From a virus, in IMG/VR virus record IMGVR_UViG_3300008997_000008: a stretch of DNA of 64,000 bases. One strand, given 5' to 3'. This document shows positions 8,136 to 16,672 of the stretch, piece after piece; the stretch's first letter is position 1; every line of letters begins with the position of its first letter. Under the pieces are notes generated by a model, which saw only the letters and a list, made by a program, of their open reading frames with translations, was not told the origin of the DNA and did not search any database. The position numbers and the translations under genes are program-made.

Positions 8136-8674
8136 AGGCCCAGGTCCTTGATGTCCGTGAGGGCATGGAACCGGATGCTGTGATCGTGTAGGAACTCCCG
8201 CGCTCCCATCAGTCGGTCCACGACAGTGAACACGCCCGCGACATCTCCCCCGGCCTTCCGAATCTCCTGAACAGCCTCCAGAGCAGAGCCTCCAGAAGTG
8301 GTGACGTCCTCGAGGACAGCGACCCGAAGCCCATTGATATCGACGCCCTCGATCTTCTTCCCGGTGCCGTGGCTCCGGTCCCCCTTGCGGACGACAAATC
8401 CGTCGATGATTGTTCCCCGGACTCGAGCGCAGGCCAGAGTGGCGGAGACAACAGGGACAGCCCCAAGCTCCAAGCCGCCGATGGCGCTGTAGCGGAGGTC
8501 CAGGTCTGCGAACTTGGACAGCATGGACATCCCAATCAGGTACGCACCCTCGGAGGTCAGCGCCGCCTTCTTGATGTCCAGGTAGACCTTGGATTTGGCG
8601 CCGCTGGTCAGGGTGAAGTCCCCGTGGAGGACTGCGGTTTGGGTCAGGAACTCAGCAAGATTCTGTTTGTGCAT
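8132..8674 (-). CDS. pyrE: Orotate phosphoribosyltransferase
   Basis: GDFTLTSGAKSKVYLDIK, GGLELGAVP, VRKGDRSHG and the PRPP loop VAVLEDVTTSGGSA. GGAG RBS before ATG 8674. Confidence 0.95.
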   Translation of the reverse strand: MHKQNLAEFLTQTAVLHGDFTLTSGAKSKVYLDIKKAALTSEGAYLIGMSMLSKFADLDLRYSAIGGLELGAVPVVSATLACARVRGTIIDGFVVRKGDRSHGTGKKIEGVDINGLRVAVLEDVTTSGGSALEAVQEIRKAGGDVAGVFTVVDRLMGAREFLHDHSIRFHALTDIKDLGL

Positions 8675-8716
8675 GGTATCTCCTGGGGAGGGAGATACCC
8701 CAGATAGGCTGAACAC

Positions 8717-9337
8717 CTATTTCCATTCCGAGGACCGGAGGAAGTTCCTATGGAACGCCTTCCAAGACTCCTCCCCCAGGAGGCCCTTCAGGGCATCGTC
8801 CACATCAGCAAGCCAGAAGGCGTCCAGGCCCTTGTGGTCGTGGAGGAGGGAGATGAGATCCCGGAAGCGGTTGGCCTTCTCCCGGTCCAGAGCCATGCCC
8901 TCCAGCTTCCGGTACGTCTCTGAACCCAGGCTCACCATGGCAACGTGCTGTTCGAGGAGACCGGCGAACCTGCGTCGGTGCACATCCCCGAGCTTCAGGA
9001 GGACCGGGACCGAGGCATAGGTCAGGAGGATGATCCTGGTGTTCAAGTCCTTCGGAGCCCAGGTCTTGGTGAGCTCGATGATCTTGTTGGTATCAGGCCT
9101 CAGACCCCGATGAGCGTTCGCGAACCGAGACCAGAGGTCCTCCTGGACCGGGAAGTGGTAGGTGAAGCCTGGAGGAGAGACGCAGAAGCAGTCCTGGTTC
9201 TCGATCTTGAGGCTCCGCGCTATGGAGATCAGGGCATCCGCCGCTCGGTTCTCCCACCCTTCCTCGGAGGTCCGGAGAATGGAGATGAGGGAGCGAAGGT
9301 CTCTGAGATACATGAGGGGGTCGCGTTCAATCATCAC
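8717..9337 (-). CDS. Hypothetical helical protein, 206 aa
   Basis: ORF track; part of a coupled minus-strand operon. Confidence 0.6.
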   Translation of the reverse strand: MMIERDPLMYLRDLRSLISILRTSEEGWENRAADALISIARSLKIENQDCFCVSPPGFTYHFPVQEDLWSRFANAHRGLRPDTNKIIELTKTWAPKDLNTRIILLTYASVPVLLKLGDVHRRRFAGLLEQHVAMVSLGSETYRKLEGMALDREKANRFRDLISLLHDHKGLDAFWLADVDDALKGLLGEESWKAFHRNFLRSSEWK

Positions 9338-9483
9338 TTCTTCCTCTCGAGCAGACGAATGGCTTGGGAGGTGGGGATCACCCCTACCTCCCCGGTGTGC
9401 TTGTTGATCACGACTACCTTCTGTGGAGTCAAGATCCAGAGGTGTCCGTTGAGTTCAACCTGGATGTAGGAGAAGCCCCTCAC
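9334..9483 (-). CDS. Small hypothetical protein, 49 aa (MRGFSYIQVELNGHLWILTPQKVVVINKHTGEVGVIPTSQAIRLLERKK)
   Basis: Translated by hand; fills the gap and overlaps both neighbours by 4 nt. Confidence 0.45.
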   Translation of the reverse strand: MRGFSYIQVELNGHLWILTPQKVVVINKHTGEVGVIPTSQAIRLLERKK

Positions 9484-9686
9484 TTCGGAGCTTTCTCAAC
9501 TGCGTGCGCCAGGGAAAAGAACCCTGTGGCGCCGGAGACCAACATCAGGATGATTATCAGACCTGTGTGCTGGTGAGGCTCTATGTTCCTCAAACCGGAG
9601 AGCCCAACCAAGTCGAAGGGGAAGCACAGGAAGATCGCGGAGAGGAGGAACCCCAGGCCCGTTTTGTACAGGGTCTTGCCGTCCAT
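9480..9686 (-). CDS. Small membrane protein with two predicted TM helices
   Basis: C-terminal 68 aa of ORF 9480..10250 (MDGKTLYKTGLGFLLSAIFLCFPF...GLIIILMLVSGATGFFSLA); TGATG coupling at 9686. Confidence 0.55.
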   Translation of the reverse strand: MDGKTLYKTGLGFLLSAIFLCFPFDLVGLSGLRNIEPHQHTGLIIILMLVSGATGFFSLAHAVEKAPK

Positions 9687-10210
9687 CACGCCACATCCCA
9701 GGGGATCTTGGCGTGAGACATGACAGCCTCGCGATGCCTGTTGATCTCGCGACCTCGCAGGCGGATGTGATCCAGAGCGGACCTCGACTCCCGGGACTCC
9801 CAGATCTCCTGCATGGTCGCGCGGTGTAGAAGAACCTCGGCCCCGACTTCCTCCGGGATCTGCATAAGATAGAAGATGAAATCGGAGTGTAGACGAACCC
9901 GGTGGGCCTGGACGTAGTGGGCGAGCCCCTCTGGCCAAACCCACGTCCCATCGAACGTGAGGCACTTGGCCTCGTTCCGAACACCGCAGATACGGCACGA
10001 GGAGGGGCCTCTCCACTGGACGAACGTGGCGCCCATTTCCAGGACCCGCGCCGTCTTGTCTGCGAAATCCTGCTCCATATCTGGATCGATAAAGCTCGAG
10101 GGGTCGGGCAGGTTCTTGAGGTTTGGTCCCCGAGGAGGCTTCCAATAGCCGATGAACTTCCGACCCGGAACTGTGAACTTCGGGTCGTCCGGATGCCTTG
10201 TAAAGATCAT
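9686..10210 (-). CDS. Conserved-looking hypothetical protein with a CRICG...WPEGLAHY..H metal-binding motif
   Basis: Motif pattern; start trimmed to ATG 10210, which is coupled to the upstream stop. Confidence 0.65.
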   Translation of the reverse strand: MIFTRHPDDPKFTVPGRKFIGYWKPPRGPNLKNLPDPSSFIDPDMEQDFADKTARVLEMGATFVQWRGPSSCRICGVRNEAKCLTFDGTWVWPEGLAHYVQAHRVRLHSDFIFYLMQIPEEVGAEVLLHRATMQEIWESRESRSALDHIRLRGREINRHREAVMSHAKIPWDVA

Positions 10211-10644
10211 CCGTGGCCTCCGCAGGGCATCCGGAAGTACATCCGGACACCCATCGTCCCAGCCATCCGAACGCGGTGGACTCCGAAGGGCTCCCAGCCG
10301 TCCTGTAGGAGATCCTTGACCTCGGGATCGTTCTCGGGGTTCATCTCCTCCGCACAGTTTACTACCTTCATGTGGTAATGGTCGCTCGAGGGTCCATGCC
10401 ACTTGGTCGGGGTGGTGCGTGGGATCTGCGGAGAGGGATTTCGGGAACCGAAGTGGCGAGCGATCGCCTCCTGAGGGCTCATACCCTCAGGCACCGGGAT
10501 GATTCCGCTGGGACCTGCCAGGAACGCTCCCGACCTCTCCGGAGGGTCTTCCTGCTCTGTGGGGTCCGGGGTAGGCGGCTCCGGCGGCTCGTCCTCCTCG
10601 AAGGTCGCGGCCAGCATCCTGATGATAGTTCTACGGATTCCCAA
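10207..10644 (-). CDS. Hypothetical protein with a Pro/Glu-rich linker
   Basis: TTG start with GGAGG RBS. Confidence 0.55.
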   Translation of the reverse strand: MGIRRTIIRMLAATFEEDEPPEPPTPDPTEQEDPPERSGAFLAGPSGIIPVPEGMSPQEAIARHFGSRNPSPQIPRTTPTKWHGPSSDHYHMKVVNCAEEMNPENDPEVKDLLQDGWEPFGVHRVRMAGTMGVRMYFRMPCGGHG

Positions 10645-10708
10645 GACACCTCCAGAATCTACACCTGATTACCGCGCCGGTAACCGGGCAGCACTACAAG
10701 GAGGGCTG

Positions 10709-11158
10709 ATGCCCGGAACAAGGAAATGGGTAGAGGAACTCGCAGTAGCAAAGATCATCGGATGGGTCTACGAGTACCGGAACCGACGCGAGTTCCAGGA
10801 GCAGGTCGCAGGCCAGGCTCAGATCGCGATCACCATTCAGATGCTCATGGCCAAGTGTCCCTGGATCTACGAGGCGGCGCAGCAGCGGGAAATCTCCATG
10901 AATCGGGGAGACATCCTTGAGGCCCTTCGGACGGACGTCGCGACGTACCGGGACCCGGGGATCAAGCCTCTGGTCCAAGAGTTCGGGGCGGTAGTGATGA
11001 TCTGTCTGAGCACTCCGGGGCAAGCCGACCTTCGGGTGGTGTGTTTCCTCATCAAACACCACCGTTGGCGTCCGTTCACCTTGAACGGGATCCCACATCC
11101 CGGACGGCCGGACATGGTTCAGGAACTGGATCCTGCTCTGGAGGCCATCTTCCGGTAG
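10709..11158 (+). CDS. Hypothetical protein
   Basis: AGGAGG RBS before ATG 10709; in frame with track ORF 10499..11158. Confidence 0.6.
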   Translation: MPGTRKWVEELAVAKIIGWVYEYRNRREFQEQVAGQAQIAITIQMLMAKCPWIYEAAQQREISMNRGDILEALRTDVATYRDPGIKPLVQEFGAVVMICLSTPGQADLRVVCFLIKHHRWRPFTLNGIPHPGRPDMVQELDPALEAIFR

Positions 11159-11167
11159 GGTAGGGGC

Positions 11168-11608
11168 ATGGGCTCCCCTACCAACAGCATCAAGATCCAG
11201 TGGTTCTGCCTTCCCTGTCGAGAGGGGGCGAGAAGGCAGAAGCAGACCGGATACGGAGAAGCACCCTCTGTTCCTCTCTGCCCCAAGTGCGGTGAGAGTA
11301 TGCACCGGTGGCCGTGGCCCGGCAGGTTCCCGAAGAAGAACGCACGGATCTGGCGCCGCCTATCTCTCCGCCACGTCGTATTGGTAGGTCCGCACAGCGG
11401 GGAGGACCTCAGCTACTGGAAGGTCCTCAAGGACGGGGAAGACATACCTCCGTGGGGCCCTCAGGGCTGGAACTGCCACGGGAACTTCCGCCAACGGAAG
11501 ACGGAGAGACGTCGGAAGGAAGCTCTGAAGAGACGGTATGCTCTTCGGAGGCGCTGGGAGCGTTCCGCTGCGCTCAAGGTCATGAAGAGGCTCCTGGAGA
11601 AGGAATGA
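11168..11608 (+). CDS. Basic hypothetical protein with a Zn ribbon (CLPC...CPKCG)
   Basis: Two CxxC pairs. Confidence 0.55.
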   Translation: MGSPTNSIKIQWFCLPCREGARRQKQTGYGEAPSVPLCPKCGESMHRWPWPGRFPKKNARIWRRLSLRHVVLVGPHSGEDLSYWKVLKDGEDIPPWGPQGWNCHGNFRQRKTERRRKEALKRRYALRRRWERSAALKVMKRLLEKE

Positions 11609-12015
11609 GATGCCCCTGCTGTTCCAGAACCCTCGAGCGTGTTGAGAGGGACTTCTACGCCCTGGAGGCGGACGCCCTCAACGCATGGGAGGACTCGAAC
11701 TTCGAGGGCCCCCAGCCGGGGGCAGACAAGAGCACCCACTGGTACTGCTCGAACATGGAGTGCCCGACGGAAGGGAACAACCTCCGGGAGCACCACCCTC
11801 TCGCGGGGATCCTCTCGAGCCCGGGGGATTCCTTTGCGCTGTCCGCAGTAGAAGGGTCGGGCTATCCTCAGTTCTGCTTCCGCTGCGGATCGGAGCTTCT
11901 GTCTGGGAGGGATGGGGAGAAATCCTGCACAGGAGAGAACTGCACGTTCCAGGGTCTCGCCTTCGAAGGCAAGTCTGCGGAAGGAGCCATCTGGACCCTG
12001 GCTTGGATCAAGTAG
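11605..12015 (+). CDS. Double Zn-ribbon hypothetical protein
   Basis: CPCC...CSNMEC and CFRC...CTGENC; ATGA overlap with the upstream stop. Confidence 0.6.
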   Translation: MRCPCCSRTLERVERDFYALEADALNAWEDSNFEGPQPGADKSTHWYCSNMECPTEGNNLREHHPLAGILSSPGDSFALSAVEGSGYPQFCFRCGSELLSGRDGEKSCTGENCTFQGLAFEGKSAEGAIWTLAWIK

Positions 12016-12508
12016 GGAGCTGTCCTCCGTAGCACGGCGGGGGCTGGTGTTCGGAGAACGGACCCATCTTGTTGTTCCGATACGGAGGAAGGGTATCGAC
12101 GCACTCCTCCGGGGTGAACTCCGGGTTCCTGAGGAGGTCTCCGACCGCCCAGACCGCCCGGTAGGGGTCGCCTCGGAGGCTCTCCGGATACGGGATCTCC
12201 ATGATCTCTTCGAAGACCTCGCGGACCGACCCGCTCCGGAAAGTGGAGAGGACCCGTCGGACCTCACGGATCAGGGAAGGGTGTCCCTTCAGGTAGAGGA
12301 CATCCACTGCTCCCATGATGGATGGAGTCTCGATGACGATGGTGTCGTCGGAGCAATGGGTGTCACGGATGATGCCCCGGTAGGCGATGTACACAGCGAC
12401 CGCCAGGGCAGCAGCTTCGCTCGCGTCCCGGTAGTCGGAGAGGAGAGTCCACATGCCGTTGTTGCGGTAGTTGAGACACCAGAGGAAGACGGAGGGGTCG
12501 GGATCCAT
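12008..12508 (-). CDS. Hypothetical protein, 166 aa
   Basis: GGAG RBS and an exact class A promoter upstream. Confidence 0.6.
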   Translation of the reverse strand: MDPDPSVFLWCLNYRNNGMWTLLSDYRDASEAAALAVAVYIAYRGIIRDTHCSDDTIVIETPSIMGAVDVLYLKGHPSLIREVRRVLSTFRSGSVREVFEEIMEIPYPESLRGDPYRAVWAVGDLLRNPEFTPEECVDTLPPYRNNKMGPFSEHQPPPCYGGQLPT

Positions 12509-12528
12509 AGAGGCTCCTTTGCGAAGCA

Positions 12529-12582
12529 GTTACGTCTGGTGCCCCCTTATGGAAACTTCCTCATTCTGGATGTCTACGTAAC
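12529..12582. promoter_or_regulatory. Overlapping divergent class A promoters
   Basis: Minus strand: exact GTTTCC-N16-CGTAAC at 12529-12556. Plus strand: ACTTCC-N16-CGTAAC at 12555-12582. Each -10-like element ends 21 nt from its start codon. Confidence 0.7.
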
Positions 12583-12602
12583 TCTTCCATGGAGGTGTCA
12601 TC

Positions 12603-12896
12603 ATGGGACGTCTGCAGAGAACGCCGGGCTCAAACCAGCTTGAGTTCAACGCTGAGGGTGGGGTCGTATCTCTCACAGGAACGGTGCGGAACTCCCTGAA
12701 GAAGCACACCTGCCGAGACTGTGGTGGGGACTGCGGCAAGAGGTACTGGGACGCCCGCGCCCGCTACTTCTACGATGGTCGGTGGAGATACCTCACCTTC
12801 CGGTTCTGCTTGGTCTGCTACAACAGGGCTCGTTCCCAGGCATGGGACTTCGAGGACAGACTTGCCGAGGAGGACAGCTTCCTCTACGACGAGTGA
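12603..12896 (+). CDS. Small Zn-finger hypothetical protein
   Basis: CRDCGGDC...CLVC; GGAGG RBS. Confidence 0.55.
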   Translation: MGRLQRTPGSNQLEFNAEGGVVSLTGTVRNSLKKHTCRDCGGDCGKRYWDARARYFYDGRWRYLTFRFCLVCYNRARSQAWDFEDRLAEEDSFLYDE

Positions 12897-12922
12897 TCCC
12901 GGTAACCCTCCATGGAGGTGCT

Positions 12923-13234
12923 ATGAGCAGGTACGACAGGTTGGTCCAAGCGGCTTCGGGCCTGCATCAGGATATGCTGGCCCACGCAGAGGAGGTGGCG
13001 GCTCCAGTTGAAGCCGCTGCTCTCAGACACGCCATCAGCTTGGCTGGCCAAGTAGGTAGCATCCTCACAGGGCTCCGCCGCCAACAGTTCCAGAACGGCC
13101 AGCTGGCAAAGTGGGAGTCCGGAGAGCTCATCAACTCCACCCACGCGATGAAACAGCGAGAGCTCGAAGCGCGCGTCAAGGAACTGGAGAACCTCCTGCA
13201 AGAGGCTCTGGATCGAGAAGCGCTCCGTCAATGA
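12923..13234 (+). CDS. Helical/coiled-coil hypothetical protein
   Basis: GGAGG RBS before ATG 12923. Confidence 0.6.
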   Translation: MSRYDRLVQAASGLHQDMLAHAEEVAAPVEAAALRHAISLAGQVGSILTGLRRQQFQNGQLAKWESGELINSTHAMKQRELEARVKELENLLQEALDREALRQ

Positions 13235-13252
13235 TCCGATAGGAGGGGCGTC

Positions 13253-13429
13253 GTGAAAGTAGAACGGGGTCAATGCTCCGCGTGTGGGAAGAAAACCGTC
13301 GAGCGGACAGGAGAGGCTGCTGACGGGCGACCTACGTACCAGTGTCGGAACGGCCGCTGCAACCACTTCTACACCTACGGACACCAGGGAGAGGAATGGG
13401 ACAGCCAACCCAGCAAGCACGGGGCCTGA
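13253..13429 (+). CDS. 58-aa Zn-ribbon microprotein (MKVERGQCSACGKKTVERTGEAADGRPTYQCRNGRCNHFYTYGHQGEEWDSQPSKHGA)
   Basis: Translated by hand; AGGAGG at 13241, GTG start, CxxC...CxxxxC. Below the ORF-track cutoff. Confidence 0.55.
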   Translation: MKVERGQCSACGKKTVERTGEAADGRPTYQCRNGRCNHFYTYGHQGEEWDSQPSKHGA

Positions 13430-13485
13430 TCACGTGGAGCGGGGAGGTGCGCCCAACTATGGGTTCGCGATTGGGAGTAGGGAGG

Positions 13486-13513
13486 GTTTCCCTCCTGCGG
13501 GGCTGGACGTAAC
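13486..13513 (+). promoter_or_regulatory. Class A promoter-like motif GTTTCC-N16-CGTAAC
   Basis: Exact match ending 21 nt before ATG 13534. Confidence 0.7.
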
Positions 13514-13533
13514 GAAGGCGACAGGAGAACAAC

Positions 13534-13953
13534 ATGGCCGCTTCAGAAACCCGCTCCGCCTCCGCCCGTACCGTCCTCGTGAACGGCTTCCCGGTCGAGC
13601 TGACGGGACCCAACGCGCACCCGTTCAAGTGCGCCGGGTGCACGAACTGCTATCGGCAGCACCGCCACGCCGCGCGCTGCTGCAAGGTGGCGTCCGAGGA
13701 TCTCCGCTCCGGCGCGGTCCGGGACTTCTCCGCCGACTTCGAGGCCGAGCAGGTCGCGGCGGACGAGGCTCGCTACGCCGAGACGATGGCGCTCTGCCAC
13801 TACGAGTGCTCCTGCGGCGAGAGCTTCTCATCCATCCGGGCGGCCAAGGCCTGCCGGAAGTGCCGGACCTACACGAAAGAGGGCTACTGCACCGAGATCA
13901 CCGACCGCAACCAGGACCACAAGGTGGTCTGGACCACCAACGACGAACACTGA
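13534..13953 (+). CDS. Multi-Zn-finger hypothetical protein
   Basis: CAGC..C...H...CC and CSC...CRKC...C; strong C-ending codon bias. Confidence 0.7.
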   Translation: MAASETRSASARTVLVNGFPVELTGPNAHPFKCAGCTNCYRQHRHAARCCKVASEDLRSGAVRDFSADFEAEQVAADEARYAETMALCHYECSCGESFSSIRAAKACRKCRTYTKEGYCTEITDRNQDHKVVWTTNDEH

Positions 13954-13974
13954 GCCCAAGCCCCCGAGACAACC

Positions 13975-14196
13975 ATGTTCTACCGTGTCTTCTCACACAC
14001 CTTCGAGTCCGCCGGCCTGGCTACGCTGTTCGCTGAGCTCCTGGAGGAAGCAGGTTGGATCGCCAGCTACTCCCACAACGGGCGGCGAATCGCCGTCAAG
14101 ATGGGCGAGTCCTCCCAAATCGACCCCGAGTACTTCATCCGTGCGGGGTTCGTAGAGCACCCGTCCGACTCAGATACCTGGGCGCTGGTTTCCTGA
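13975..14196 (+). CDS. Small hypothetical protein, 73 aa
   Basis: ORF track; coding-like codon usage. Confidence 0.6.
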   Translation: MFYRVFSHTFESAGLATLFAELLEEAGWIASYSHNGRRIAVKMGESSQIDPEYFIRAGFVEHPSDSDTWALVS

Positions 14197-14198
14197 AA

Positions 14199-15716
14199 CT
14201 ACGAGAGGAACTTGGCCAGCCGGGCTTGAACTCCCTCAGGCTCTGAGTTGACCTCGGACTCCCAGACGACCAGGCACTCGATACCGACCTCTTGATAGGC
14301 GGAGATGAGCTCCTGCTCGTGGGCGAACGGCACCTTTCCCGTGAACATCCGGCTGTGCCAGTAGTCGCCAAACGCTTCTACGACCTTCGTGACTCCCCGC
14401 TTGGGATGGTCCGGATCAGGTCCCGGAACGATGAAATCGGGGTTCTTGTGCTTGGAGAGTGTTGGCAGCCATCTCCAGAACGTGAAATCCCCTGTGAATA
14501 GGAGGGATCCCTCTGGGGCAAGGGCATGAACGGCTTGTTCCAGACCGTTGGGTCCGTCTACCGGAGAGGGTCCCCAGGGATTTCCGTACCGTTCGATCTT
14601 GGTGGCAACCATCCTACTGCTCACCTCCTTGTTTTGCATCGCAAAGGGGTGGCCATACCTCTCCATGTTCGTGGCTTGGAGACGGGCCATGATTTCCACG
14701 TCCTGAAGCACGTGGTCCACGCCATAGCGGGCCTGGGTTGTCCGGACGCGCTTCTCCAGGAACTCTGCGAGCTGAAGAGGATGGTCGACTCCGTATCTCT
14801 CTTGGAACACGGCGACGAGCCTGTCCCACGCCCCCTCAGCCTGCATCCAATGATCGACCCCATACCTCTCTCGGAAAGATGCGAGAATCTGGGCCTTGCC
14901 CTCCTCTGAGGCGAAGTAGTGGGACCCATACCTCTTGTGGTGCGTCGCCAGCTGCTTCGCTCGGACCTCTGGGTCCATGCAGGTCCAGGGGACTCCGTAC
15001 CTCTCCATGTTGGTCTGGCGGGTCCTCTCCCGAAGTTCGGGAGTGCGCTGAGGGACCTCGTCCCCGTAGCGTTCCAGGTTCGTGGCTCGAGCCTTCGCAG
15101 CAATCTCCGGAGAAGCAAGAAGCCTGCCTCCGTAACGGGCCTTGCACGTAGCTGTCGTGCGGGCTCGGATCTCCGGACACTGCTGGGGATTCTCAACTCC
15201 GTACCTCTCGAGCATCGTAGCTCGGATCTTGGCCTGGACCTCCGGGGACTCAAACGGGTTGCCGACCCCATGATTCCTCCGTAGGGTCTCCCGCATCCGA
15301 GCCTGAACCTCCGGAGATGAGGTGACATGCTCTACGCCATAGCGTTCCAGGTTGGTCTGTCGGATCTTGGCCTTGGCCTGCTCTGAGGCTCCCGGATTGG
15401 TGTGTCCGTATCTCTCGAGGTTGGTCGCAGCACGTCGTGCCTGCACAGAAGGGGCCTGAGAACCGTTCTCGACCCCGTGCCTCCGAAGAGAGGTCTCCCG
15501 CTTCCGCGCCTGGGCCACTGCCTTCTTGTCCCGAGACTGCCATGTAAAGCAAGTCCGACGGTGGCGCTTCATCTGGGTAGATGAAGTGGATTCATGGCCG
15601 CACAGGCAGGGGATCGGAGAGGGTGGGTTCGGCCATCCGGCACAGACACGTTTGTGCCTGGAATTGATCGATGTGCCCTTGAATCTACGTGAGCAATGGG
15701 GACAGATGATGGGCAT
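14199..15716 (-). CDS. Free-standing homing endonuclease: Zn fingers, (L/M)ERYGV.(N/H)P repeats and a Vsr/EDxHD-like nuclease domain
   Basis: About a dozen RYG/KRYG repeats; C-terminal NPDFIV...KVVEAFGDYWH...ECLVVWESE. Confidence 0.8.
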   Translation of the reverse strand: MPIICPHCSRRFKGTSINSRHKRVCAGWPNPPSPIPCLCGHESTSSTQMKRHRRTCFTWQSRDKKAVAQARKRETSLRRHGVENGSQAPSVQARRAATNLERYGHTNPGASEQAKAKIRQTNLERYGVEHVTSSPEVQARMRETLRRNHGVGNPFESPEVQAKIRATMLERYGVENPQQCPEIRARTTATCKARYGGRLLASPEIAAKARATNLERYGDEVPQRTPELRERTRQTNMERYGVPWTCMDPEVRAKQLATHHKRYGSHYFASEEGKAQILASFRERYGVDHWMQAEGAWDRLVAVFQERYGVDHPLQLAEFLEKRVRTTQARYGVDHVLQDVEIMARLQATNMERYGHPFAMQNKEVSSRMVATKIERYGNPWGPSPVDGPNGLEQAVHALAPEGSLLFTGDFTFWRWLPTLSKHKNPDFIVPGPDPDHPKRGVTKVVEAFGDYWHSRMFTGKVPFAHEQELISAYQEVGIECLVVWESEVNSEPEGVQARLAKFLS

Positions 15717-15781
15717 GGGTGAGAACCCCCTTGAAGGAAGGTTACCGTACCCTGCGTCCCAAATAAAGCCCTAAAAACCGG

Positions 15782-16672
15782 TTAGATGAATGACCGTGGA
15801 GACAAAATTCCCGCTCCCACATGTGGACCAAAGGCCGACCTCACCCCCCTGCCGAACCTGGGCTGGGCCAAGCCCCGCATGTACTTCTCGGTACGCTGCT
15901 TCGCCTCTGTGAGCTGAGTCCACTGAGCCTCGGCGTCCGCCCGGAGGGCCTGGTACTTGGAGGACTTCTCCAGATCGAGGCTGATTCCTCCGATGCTGTA
16001 GCCGAACTCATTCGCGACCCACTGGAAGCTGAGAGCCTGGGCGGCCAAGACCAGAGCTCCCCACAGGAGAGCTGATCTCCAACCCTGCTTCCCCTTGTAC
16101 ACCTTGTCGACCGTGGTCCACTTGGCAGAAGTGTCCGGAGGGTAGAGGTTCCACTTCCAGAGGGCCATCTCGAGATACTGGGCAAGCTCCTCGTCAGTCC
16201 AGATATAACCAAAGACCTGGTTGTAGCAGCCCACGGTCTCCGTTCCTTCAGGAGGACGGAACTTGTAGTGCTTGTCGGGGCAGTTTGACACCACGACCCC
16301 AGACCCCACGGGAATGAAGTTGTGATCCCCCTCCACGGTGATGTCGAACATGAAGCGCTCGCGAGGGGCAGCCCGGACCTGAGTCACCAGGATCAGCAGG
16401 CCCCCAGACCCCAGCACAGGAGATCCCTTCTCCAGATTCCTCGCCTCTGTCTTCTCAGTGGGTGCCGTGAAAACCCTGTGGTCTTCCGTGAGGATCATAG
16501 ACCCCCTGGAAGTAGAGACCTCCAGGCAATCCAAAGAATCTGGAATCTCCATCTTGGATGCTTTCAGAACACGCTGCCAACGTCCCTTCCCTTCCGGAGA
16601 GACGGTGCGGGTCTTCAGCCGACCCACTGAGAAAGCGGCGCGAATCCTGTTTCTGGTCTCAGAGGTGATCAT
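15782..16672 (-). CDS. IntC (aa 1-130) plus the C-extein of a neck/head-tail adaptor protein
   Basis: Intein block B ILTEDHRVF, block F FDITVEGDHNF, terminal VVVSN followed by Cys+1. The extein has WTDEEL..YL and EFGYSIGGISL, an adaptor-like pattern. Confidence 0.85.
   Translation of the reverse strand: MITSETRNRIRAAFSVGRLKTRTVSPEGKGRWQRVLKASKMEIPDSLDCLEVSTSRGSMILTEDHRVFTAPTEKTEARNLEKGSPVLGSGGLLILVTQVRAAPRERFMFDITVEGDHNFIPVGSGVVVSNCPDKHYKFRPPEGTETVGCYNQVFGYIWTDEELAQYLEMALWKWNLYPPDTSAKWTTVDKVYKGKQGWRSALLWGALVLAAQALSFQWVANEFGYSIGGISLDLEKSSKYQALRADAEAQWTQLTEAKQRTEKYMRGLAQPRFGRGVRSAFGPHVGAGILSPRSFI

Noticed and set aside
9480-9686. Two-TM protein as the holin
   Set aside because: It is more than 3 kb from the lysins, sits in a non-late operon and has no dual-start motif. 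It is kept only as a membrane protein.
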